Origin: an uncultured Candidatus Saccharibacteria bacterium
GTDB lineage: Bacteria > Patescibacteriota > Saccharimonadia > Saccharimonadales > AWTP1-31
Length of the DNA: 64,000 bases
Assembly: GCA_937903325.1 (NCBI GenBank)
Contig: CALCZR010000059.1
Span: 65,489 to 129,488, forward strand
Direction of reading: 5' to 3'
This document shows positions 55,747 through 63,309 of this stretch, piece by piece. The stretch's first letter is position 1. Each line of letters starts with the position of its first letter. The notes beneath the pieces were generated by a model, which was not told the DNA's origin, searched no databases, and saw only the letters and a list, made by a program, of their open reading frames with translations. Position numbers and translations under genes: made by a program.

Positions 55747-56061
55747 CTATATCCTACTTATCACTAACGTTACGATTATTTCAGCCGACAGAATAATAGC
55801 CAGTCCAATGGCGGCGTAGATAATACTCTGCCGAATCTTCGCCAGGGCCTCTGGGTTGCCCAGTGAGGTCATTAGCTGGAAAGCTGCGATAAGGATATAT
55901 ATAAGTGTAATAGCGCCCATGGAAGCAAAGACAATCTGTAAGATCTTAGCAACCTGATCACTATTGGCATCAACTTTTGGAAGCCCCGTGTCACAAAGGC
56001 GATTGGAACAATCCACACCTTGTGCTGCAGCAAATCGTGCGAATTCAGCGATACGACTCAT
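55747..56061 (-). CDS. T4SS pilin-like protein, paralog 4 (no obvious signal peptide)
   Basis: 104 aa with a Cys pair (DCSNRLCD) and the hairpin IVFASMGAITLIYILIAAFQLMTSLGNPEALAKIRQSIIYAAIGLAIILSAEIIV. The N-terminus MSRIAEFARFAAAQG is not a classical signal peptide. Confidence 0.7.
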   Translation of the reverse strand: MSRIAEFARFAAAQGVDCSNRLCDTGLPKVDANSDQVAKILQIVFASMGAITLIYILIAAFQLMTSLGNPEALAKIRQSIIYAAIGLAIILSAEIIVTLVISRI

Positions 56062-56066
56062 ATGTA

Positions 56067-56468
56067 TTAAAACCTCCCCGCGACAAACGTTACCGCAGCC
56101 GTCGAAACAATAGCAATAGCCAAACCGACACAGGCATTTATAACAGTACCGATGGCTTTCTTGGCTTTATCTGGCTGACCTTCGGCTGTAACAAACTGAA
56201 TACCGCCGAAGATGATAAAGCCAACGGCCGCCAGGGCAGCAATTCGTAGCAGAATCTCTATGACAGCCGCAATGATAAGCCAGGTATCGTTAACGCTCGT
56301 AATGCGCACCACACAAGTCGAGACACCGTCTACTGGGCCCGCAGCCGTAACACCAACGAGATACTTATACCAAGTAGGGAAGCCTAGGAGACTACCCTTA
56401 GGGGTGCAGGTGCCGCCCGTAGCAGCCAACTGGTATAAACCCGGTAATAAATTCGCAAACAATATCAT
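56067..56468 (-). CDS. T4SS pilin-like protein, paralog 5
   Basis: 133 aa with a hydrophobic N-terminus, two Cys (GGTCTPKG...VSTCVV), and the hairpin LRIAALAAVGFIIFGGIQFVTAEGQPDKAKKAIGTVINACVGLAIAIVSTAAV. There is a 4-nt overlap with the upstream gene. Confidence 0.75.
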   Translation of the reverse strand: MILFANLLPGLYQLAATGGTCTPKGSLLGFPTWYKYLVGVTAAGPVDGVSTCVVRITSVNDTWLIIAAVIEILLRIAALAAVGFIIFGGIQFVTAEGQPDKAKKAIGTVINACVGLAIAIVSTAAVTFVAGRF

Positions 56469-57370
56469 CTAAGCACTCCATTCGGTACTAACCAGTTAAG
56501 TATAGCGTATGCAAAAACAAAGAAGGCTAGCGCAGAAGCGTTACTAACAATACGCTTGATAGCCGCACCGGTTGCTTGTGGGTCACCTCTAGAGGTTGTG
56601 TACTGGATACCCGCAACAATCATAGAGCCAATTATCACCAGTCCTGCACCTACGCTCAAGAAACGCATGAAAGCAAATACAATATCCAAAATTGGGTTGC
56701 CAAGCCCCTTACAGCCAAGGTCGATAACCGGGTCGATACGTCCTTGGTCGGCAGCACCACAAGGCTGTCCGCTTGTCTTGGCGTCAGGATTCACTTTAGT
56801 GGTTCCAACAGGTAACTCAGGATTGCCTGTGGTAGAGCCGGGTGCCGCCCCGCCGCCATCTGTTGAGAGAGCAGGGATGTCACAGTAACTCGGTCGACTC
56901 CCCGGACGATCTTTACAGTCTGGGGTGTTATACGGCTGCGTACATGTACCAGGTAAATCTCCTGTACGATCCTGCTTACAGCTTGTATCGCTCGTGTTTA
57001 TTGCCGTATCGCCTATCTGATTCTTTAGCGCTTCCTGGTTGGGTTGAGCCGCAAAATAACGTAAGTAGCCATTCGTCCAGTCTTGATTACAGGTGGTCTG
57101 TTCTGCCCCCGTTTTTCCAGTACAGTACTTATCTACATATGTTTTAGCGACCTTAAGTACACATTCATCTCGGGCCGGTTGGCCTCTTCGAGGGCAAGAG
57201 CCAAGAGTTTTATTAAAGCTAGCATAGTTTGTGGCAGTATCTTCGGCGTTAACTACCTGCGGAGCAAACGCAGTAAGGCCAAGTGCCAAAAAAACCGACA
57301 CAATGAGACTCAAGAATAGAGGCCTCGCGGGACGGTATACAGAATTCACTTTTTTGTTTTGGATTTTCAT
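56465..57370 (-). CDS. Cys-rich extracellular protein with C-terminal T4SS pilin-like hairpin ('giant pilin'), paralog 6
   Basis: 301 aa with a signal peptide ending VVNA, an ectodomain of about 200 aa containing 11 Cys, and a C-terminal hairpin FLSVGAGLVIIGSMIVAGIQYTTSRGDPQATGAAIKRIVSNASALAFFVFAYAIL. It is the first gene of the operon. Confidence 0.75.
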   Translation of the reverse strand: MKIQNKKVNSVYRPARPLFLSLIVSVFLALGLTAFAPQVVNAEDTATNYASFNKTLGSCPRRGQPARDECVLKVAKTYVDKYCTGKTGAEQTTCNQDWTNGYLRYFAAQPNQEALKNQIGDTAINTSDTSCKQDRTGDLPGTCTQPYNTPDCKDRPGSRPSYCDIPALSTDGGGAAPGSTTGNPELPVGTTKVNPDAKTSGQPCGAADQGRIDPVIDLGCKGLGNPILDIVFAFMRFLSVGAGLVIIGSMIVAGIQYTTSRGDPQATGAAIKRIVSNASALAFFVFAYAILNWLVPNGVLR

Positions 57371-57385
57371 GATGCTTTCAGGATT

Positions 57386-57414
57386 ACTATACCGCTTTAC
57401 ATCACTGGTGGCAA
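57386..57414 (-). promoter_or_regulatory. putative promoter of the pilin operon
   Basis: The minus strand reads TTGCCA, a 17-nt spacer, then TATAGT. The -10 box ends 15 nt upstream of the ATG at 57370. Confidence 0.45.
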
Positions 57415-57429
57415 CATGTGCGTTTGAAC

Positions 57430-57458
57430 TTGCAGATATTAGGGTGAGCCTCTATAGT
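57430..57458 (+). promoter_or_regulatory. putative promoter of the T4SS structural operon
   Basis: TTGCAG, a 17-nt spacer, then TATAGT. It is divergent from the pilin promoter. Confidence 0.45.
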
Positions 57459-57504
57459 AGGTAAGAAGTTATGATTAAACTTCGTGGGCACAAAATAAAC
57501 AATT

Positions 57505-57533
57505 CTATCTCTAGTCAATCGACTGCAAGATAG
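57505..57533. promoter_or_regulatory. imperfect palindrome abutting the VirB6-like start codon
   Basis: CTATCTCTAGTC-AATC-GACTGCAAGATAG has outer arms CTATCT/AGATAG and inner arms AGTC/GACT. It ends 1 nt before the TTG at 57534. Confidence 0.4.
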
Positions 57534-60500
57534 TTGGATATTGCTTTGAAAACATTGAGTCACAAGCCAAAAAGTATAAATCGTCTTAAACAATTACTTG
57601 TTGTATTTGCGTGTGCCCTCGTATTAACACCACTATTGGGGTCTATCGTACGACCCACTCGAGTCGCAGCGGCCACAGATAGTGTGAACGACCAGCTTGC
57701 CCAAGAATATAAGACATGGGCTTCCTTTAACTTTGTCTCTTTCTGTATGGATCGTAGCGCTGACACTCTAGAGAGGGGGACCGACGAATATTCAAGTGCC
57801 GTGTCTTGGATGCGCGACCTTACTGACTTTTTTAGCATAACTCCTAGCGCCGAGGTTGGTTTAATAGTTGAGCCAAGCGATGGAGAACTTGACTGTGGCA
57901 CAGGCGGCGACCTCCTGCTTGCCCTTCGTAACATTGGCTACCCAACGATTAAAGACTTCATGGAGGAGTTTTACCCACCAGATGGTACCGGCTGTGATGG
58001 AGATGATTGTGCTCATCGAGACGTGAACAAGATGCGTGACCGCATACAAGATCGTATTAGGGACAAGGGATGGGCCGGTCCAGACGGAGCGGTCAACAGC
58101 CTATCTGATGCCGGGCAGTATTGGTTCTGGCGACACTATTTTAAGACCACCTGTGGCGCCACAGCATACACGAAGGATGATAAGGGAGAGCTCCCACGTG
58201 AATACAAGATCGCAAACAGCAGTAAGAAAAACGAAAAAGAACCAATGTCCGCTTGGATTTACCGGACAACAGAAGTCGACATCCAAGAAAGGAACTTCTT
58301 CACTTTTAAGATCGATGACCAGAATGGCATAGAGGAACTTGGTTTCGACTTTGCGGCGAACCCGTACAATACGAGTACTGGCAAGGACATGCAAGCCTAC
58401 AACTGTGTTGAGATAGGTAACAATATGAAGAAAGGTATTGCCCAGAAATACCTCGACTTGTATACGGCAGCTATAAATAAGTGTAAGCAAGCCGGTAGCA
58501 CCGTGCAGGAATGTAACGATCAAGCAGCGGATGATGCAGCAGCTGCACCGTCTGGATCTGGCCCTGGAGGCGACGCAGAAGACAAAGCCACCTGTGAGAC
58601 CGCCGGTAACGCAGCAGGCTGGATCATATGTCCGTTTTATAACATGTTCGCAGAAGGTACTGCCTTCTTCTACAAGTCTATCCTGCAGCCATTCTTAACG
58701 ACTCCGCCGGTTGACGTGACCCCAGGTGCCGAGAATAAAACCTTTGAAGCTTGGTCAAACTTCCGGTTCTACGGAAACATGTTCTTAGTCATTGCCATGA
58801 TCATCATTGTCTTTGGTCAGTCTATTGGAGGTGGACTCATCGACGCCTACACCGCCAAGAAAGTAATGCCACGTATCCTGGTAGCTGCCATTATGATCAA
58901 CATATCGATCTACCTAGTGGCGATATTAGTAGACGTTACTAATGCGGTGGGGAATGGCATATCCGCTCTTATTATGGCGCCGTTCGACACCAGTTTCACG
59001 GTTGGGCCCTCGACGGCAATTGCTGGCATTATCGGCACACTTATTGGTGCCGGTGTAGGTGCTGGTAGTATCGCTGGATTTGTTGGTGCAGCTACTTCAG
59101 GTGGTGTCAGCAGTGTCTTTATGCTCCTATTAATGTCGGTCGTAATACCGCTGCTCCTCGCACTGCTTGGTGTGTTTGTGACCCTAGTAATACGACAGGG
59201 CATAATCACTGCACTCGTACTAGTTAGTCCGGTTGCATTTGCCCTGTATTGTTTACCAAATACTGAGAAGTACTTTAAAAAGTGGTGGGAAACACTTAGC
59301 AAAGCACTGCTCGTGTATCCAATCGTTATGGCCATATTTGCCGTCTCTAATGTAATGAGTCTTCTGGTCATGCAAGGGAACATTACGAATACCGCTAGTT
59401 GGACCGACTTTAGCAACTGGTCCGTTAGTGATGGTATTGCTGGCCTCGTAGCACTGTTTATCCAAATCATTCCACTGTTCATGGTACCGTTCGCCTTCAA
59501 GTTCGCTGGTGGCGCTATGAGCTCTCTGTATGCTGCCATTGAAGGTGGAGGCAAGAAGGCTGGAGGAATGCTCAAGAGCCGTCAGGAACAGACCAAGAAA
59601 GACTACAACGCCGTTGCCTTGCAGGCTCGACAACGTCAGTACGACCGCCTGGGCTCTATCGGCAGTAGAAGCCGCCTTGCACGTCCTGTCACTGGCTTTT
59701 TGCAAAACCGTGTTGGTGGCCGCAACCTACACCTAGCCCTTGCCGAGATGACAGCTGACCAATTTAAGGAGATGGATGCCCAGAAGGCTACCGGTATTGA
59801 CGACGAACAACGAGGTCTATCCGTTAATAAGCGATGGGCACTGGAGCACGACAGGACTGGCGGCACACACTGGCGAATTGGGTCTAACGGCAGCAGAGAG
59901 TTCCGCACCTTGGGCGGTCGATGGGTTGCAGAAAGTGCCGTAGATGCCGCACACACCCGGTGGGGTGGCAACATGTCAGCCATGCAGTGGTCAGTGGGCT
60001 ACGAAATGGCTAAGGCAGCCACTCAAGAAGAGCAGGAATACTTATTCAACAACTATGGTCGACTTAACTCTGCGGGCAGTGGTCTCAACCTCAGCGACGG
60101 TCAAATGGGTGGCATGTGGACTGGTGCGGCATTTGCCCAGCAAAATACCGACCGCCAGTACAAGCACTATGCTTGGAACTCCGGTAATGGTGGTCAACTC
60201 AGAGTTTCAGGTACGGCTATGATGCGCGAAATCGACGAGCGTCAGGGCAACTGGCAGATGATGTCACAGTCAGCAGACACCTGGACCACTATGAGCCAGG
60301 AAATCGCTCGTGCCAGACGAGTAGCTTCTGGTCAAGCAACCCCGGCAGAAATGGGTGACATGAGCATGGAAGATGCCCAGGAAGTCATACAGCGTGGTTC
60401 TCGTATTGCCAAGTCTCTGGGTGGTGGTTACCGTACCGAAGACGGGCGCTGGGTTGATACTGGTGTTGGTCAAGGTGCATCTGGTCGTACTAAAGAAGAA

Positions 60501-60758
60501 ATTGAGAACTTTGCCGCACTCTTTGACAACAAGAAACAAGGACGCGACGACTACATGCGTGAAGTGGGTATGGAGCGTCGTGGAAGTACTACGGCACGCT
60601 CTGGCGATACCTATACTGCGCCTACCTATGACCCGGTCGCTGGTCGATATGCCGATCGGGCCGCTGTCGATGTCGAAGCATCTGGGTACCGAACAGAGGC
60701 ACCCCAGACTAACGATCCTACCGTACAACGCAGCAGGAACAATCCTCGAGGTGGTTAG
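57534..60758 (+). CDS. VirB6/TrbL/TcpH-like polytopic T4SS membrane protein with large ecto- and C-terminal domains
   Basis: 1074 aa with no in-frame ATG before the signal anchor, so a TTG start is inferred. It has an anchor LLVVFACALVLTPLLGSIV, a Cys-containing ectodomain of about 350 aa, and at least 6 TM helices (FLVIAMIIIVFGQSIGG, ILVAAIMINISIYLVAILV, VFMLLLMSVVIPLLLALLGVFVTLVI, ALLVYPIVMAIFAVSNVMSLLV, LVALFIQIIPLFMVPFAF). A Gly/Arg/Trp-rich soluble C-terminus of about 400 aa follows. Confidence 0.7.
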   Translation: MDIALKTLSHKPKSINRLKQLLVVFACALVLTPLLGSIVRPTRVAAATDSVNDQLAQEYKTWASFNFVSFCMDRSADTLERGTDEYSSAVSWMRDLTDFFSITPSAEVGLIVEPSDGELDCGTGGDLLLALRNIGYPTIKDFMEEFYPPDGTGCDGDDCAHRDVNKMRDRIQDRIRDKGWAGPDGAVNSLSDAGQYWFWRHYFKTTCGATAYTKDDKGELPREYKIANSSKKNEKEPMSAWIYRTTEVDIQERNFFTFKIDDQNGIEELGFDFAANPYNTSTGKDMQAYNCVEIGNNMKKGIAQKYLDLYTAAINKCKQAGSTVQECNDQAADDAAAAPSGSGPGGDAEDKATCETAGNAAGWIICPFYNMFAEGTAFFYKSILQPFLTTPPVDVTPGAENKTFEAWSNFRFYGNMFLVIAMIIIVFGQSIGGGLIDAYTAKKVMPRILVAAIMINISIYLVAILVDVTNAVGNGISALIMAPFDTSFTVGPSTAIAGIIGTLIGAGVGAGSIAGFVGAATSGGVSSVFMLLLMSVVIPLLLALLGVFVTLVIRQGIITALVLVSPVAFALYCLPNTEKYFKKWWETLSKALLVYPIVMAIFAVSNVMSLLVMQGNITNTASWTDFSNWSVSDGIAGLVALFIQIIPLFMVPFAFKFAGGAMSSLYAAIEGGGKKAGGMLKSRQEQTKKDYNAVALQARQRQYDRLGSIGSRSRLARPVTGFLQNRVGGRNLHLALAEMTADQFKEMDAQKATGIDDEQRGLSVNKRWALEHDRTGGTHWRIGSNGSREFRTLGGRWVAESAVDAAHTRWGGNMSAMQWSVGYEMAKAATQEEQEYLFNNYGRLNSAGSGLNLSDGQMGGMWTGAAFAQQNTDRQYKHYAWNSGNGGQLRVSGTAMMREIDERQGNWQMMSQSADTWTTMSQEIARARRVASGQATPAEMGDMSMEDAQEVIQRGSRIAKSLGGGYRTEDGRWVDTGVGQGASGRTKEEIENFAALFDNKKQGRDDYMREVGMERRGSTTARSGDTYTAPTYDPVAGRYADRAAVDVEASGYRTEAPQTNDPTVQRSRNNPRGG

Positions 60759-60804
60759 CACACTTAGCCTCCTCCGAAGCCACTAAGCTATTTACATAAG
60801 CTTA

Positions 60805-60833
60805 TTGACAATCTGCAACTTTTACGCTATAGT
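60805..60833 (+). promoter_or_regulatory. near-consensus internal promoter
   Basis: TTGACA, a 17-nt spacer, then TATAGT, 31 nt upstream of the ATG at 60865. Confidence 0.55.
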
Positions 60834-60864
60834 GTTTAGGTAATAGCACTTCAAAATTAACACT

Positions 60865-62148
60865 ATGCCAACACCACAACCACCTGAAGCCTCACCTAAC
60901 CCTGGAATAGCCGGCATGACACCGGATCAGCTTGTAGCTGCAATCGCGCAAGGTAATTTTCAAGCACAGGTAATGGGGCAGGCCCATGCAGAAGAGCGAG
61001 CAACCCAGGCGGCAGCGGATCAACATGCGGCTCGTATGGCAGACCCTCGCTATGCAGCACGACAGCATGCATTTGAAGATTTTGCAGAAGAGCGAGCACG
61101 GAGAGCAGATTTAAGTGCAGAGGAATTAGCTGCCGAAGATGCAGGGAAGGCAAGTCGAAATGCCGAACTTCTAACAGAGCAGCAGCAGCTGTCTGCAAAG
61201 CTTAATATTGTTTTCGAGAGATTTGGTATTGATGAAGAACGTTCTACTCCAACTACGGCTAAGCTAACACAATCGGCATCAGGACAGCATGGTGGTCATA
61301 TCACCAAACACTCCTGGGGCACGTTACTGCCGTGGTCTGAGGCTAAGTACAAAACCGATACTGTCGAGCATGTCACCAACTTTGTGGAAGTATTCAGCAA
61401 TCCGATATTGCTACAAGCAGCCAACCCTGACAATCCTGACGACACTACTGCACTCTATGCAGTGTTTAGCAAAAAGATGGGTGCAGAAAACCGTGACGAC
61501 AACCCTCTTGATTCGTTTAGCTTTGAAGTCTATAAAGCACCCTACAATGATGCTGCAAACGAAGGTCCAGAAGCCAGCATAACCCTTGGACAACTTAAGC
61601 ATATGGGCGCACAGTTAGCCACTGAGTGGGACGACGAACCTATAGCAGCCAACGTTAAGGCCGTTACAGCACTTCAAGCTCAAGATATTAGGAAATATAC
61701 AGACCTCAAAGGCAGACTTGATGCGTATGATGGCGTTGATATTGGCGCCCTGCCTTTAGCTGAACAGAAGAAGCTGGAGAAACTCAAGGGAGAATTCAGT
61801 AAAGCAGAGCATGGCCTTGCCAATGAACTCATAGATCCTAAGCTGAGCGATACTATCTCAAACATAAACTGGATCATGGATAACTTTGGTACCGAAAGAA
61901 ACCCGGCTATCACTGATGTGCCCCCTCCAGCCCCAACCGTCGAACCCGGTCGAGCACCGGTTCGTGATGCTGCGGAAAATAGTATATATACCACTCCTCC
62001 AGACGTGGTGCGTGAGGCAGCTGTAGCCAATAATGTTCAGCCACCCGTCTTTCACGGCCAAGCCCCCGCTGCAACAACACCTGAACAGCAAAGATTTGCT
62101 GCAGAGATGGCAGCACGCCAGGCCCAGCAGCAGAATCCGCAACCCTAG
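60865..62148 (+). CDS. soluble Gln/Ala/Pro-rich hypothetical protein embedded in the T4SS operon
   Basis: 427 aa with no TM segment or signal peptide. It has a helical charged N-terminal part (AEERATQAAADQHAARMADPRYAARQHAFEDFAEERARRADLSAEELAAEDA) and a Pro/Gln-rich C-terminus. No family recognised. Confidence 0.6.
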   Translation: MPTPQPPEASPNPGIAGMTPDQLVAAIAQGNFQAQVMGQAHAEERATQAAADQHAARMADPRYAARQHAFEDFAEERARRADLSAEELAAEDAGKASRNAELLTEQQQLSAKLNIVFERFGIDEERSTPTTAKLTQSASGQHGGHITKHSWGTLLPWSEAKYKTDTVEHVTNFVEVFSNPILLQAANPDNPDDTTALYAVFSKKMGAENRDDNPLDSFSFEVYKAPYNDAANEGPEASITLGQLKHMGAQLATEWDDEPIAANVKAVTALQAQDIRKYTDLKGRLDAYDGVDIGALPLAEQKKLEKLKGEFSKAEHGLANELIDPKLSDTISNINWIMDNFGTERNPAITDVPPPAPTVEPGRAPVRDAAENSIYTTPPDVVREAAVANNVQPPVFHGQAPAATTPEQQRFAAEMAARQAQQQNPQP

Positions 62149-62216
62149 TCCACCCCGACGATTCATTAAGTCACTTCATCCAGTAACCACTATAGGGTTC
62201 TGATACAATATAGGTA

Positions 62217-63275
62217 ATGTCTACTTATAAAGTTCTGCAGGACATTGAGGCTGAGGACAAGTTTCTTGGACCCTTGACGCTTAAGCAATTTATTTTTGCT
62301 GCTATTGCTATTGTTAGCGCTTATTTAAGTGTTATTTTCCTTACCAAGGGTATCTGGGTCTTAGTGTTCCCAATGGTGCCCGTTATTGTGGTGACGGGCT
62401 TTTTGGCCTTTCCATGGGGCAGGGACCAGCCAACGGAAGTATGGCTACTGGCCAAGATCCGCTTTATGTTTAAACCGCGCAAACGCATTTGGGACCAGGC
62501 CGGCATTCAAGAGTTAGTCAAGATTACTGCTCCTGTTGTGGAAGGGCCAGCTTACACCAGCGATAATCTATCGCAAAACGAAGTGAACAGTCGTCTGCGA
62601 GCTCTCGCTAACACCATAGATAGCCGTGGCTGGGCAGTAAAAGGGGTCGACCCCTCCAGTGCTGCGCAGCTTATCAATAACTCGTCAGACCGACTCGTGG
62701 CCGCCTCAACCTTGCCACAAGCCACACCATTGATTGACGACAGCGGGGTAGTGGACATTTTTGATAGCCCACAGGCCGCACAACTTACATCACAAATAGC
62801 AGCCAGCAGCCAGCAATACAAGCAGACCGTAGTCGGCCAGGTGCAAGACAATATTGCCCGTGGTGGTCAGCCGGCGCCCGCTAATAACTTTTGGTTTATG
62901 AACCAGTCGGACAACACCGCTCCTGGTATGGCTAGTTTTGGTACGCAAATGGCCGCACCTGCCGTAGATGACACCGCACTGCCTCAAAACATGCGTCGGG
63001 CCGTCACCCAAGATGCGGATGACGCCCAGCTTCTGAACAGAATCCACGACACTCAATCTCGTTCACACCAAACGTTCCGCAACCACAAAAGCATCAGTCC
63101 GAGAGGCACGCAGCCAGCAGAGAATCAACGTGCTTCTTCAGTGACAGCGGCCCCTGATCCTGTTACAATTGAACTTGCTAGAAACAATGATCGAAACGTG
63201 GAAAGTTTGGCTCGTGAGACGAACCGACTCCACCCGCCGTTAGATGACGACGAGGTTGTTGTTTCTCTACATTAG
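62217..63275 (+). CDS. PrgI/TcpE-like (VirB3-analogous) T4SS membrane protein with long low-complexity tail
   Basis: 352 aa. The N-terminus YKVLQDIEAEDKFLGPLTLKQFIFAAIAIVSAYLSVIFL...VLVFPMVPVIVVTGFLAFPWGRD forms the two-TM hairpin typical of PrgI-family proteins. It lies directly upstream of VirB4. Confidence 0.7.
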   Translation: MSTYKVLQDIEAEDKFLGPLTLKQFIFAAIAIVSAYLSVIFLTKGIWVLVFPMVPVIVVTGFLAFPWGRDQPTEVWLLAKIRFMFKPRKRIWDQAGIQELVKITAPVVEGPAYTSDNLSQNEVNSRLRALANTIDSRGWAVKGVDPSSAAQLINNSSDRLVAASTLPQATPLIDDSGVVDIFDSPQAAQLTSQIAASSQQYKQTVVGQVQDNIARGGQPAPANNFWFMNQSDNTAPGMASFGTQMAAPAVDDTALPQNMRRAVTQDADDAQLLNRIHDTQSRSHQTFRNHKSISPRGTQPAENQRASSVTAAPDPVTIELARNNDRNVESLARETNRLHPPLDDDEVVVSLH

Positions 63276-63309
63276 TAGGTTTCGTACAAAGGTGGGCAAA
63301 TAAAACTTT

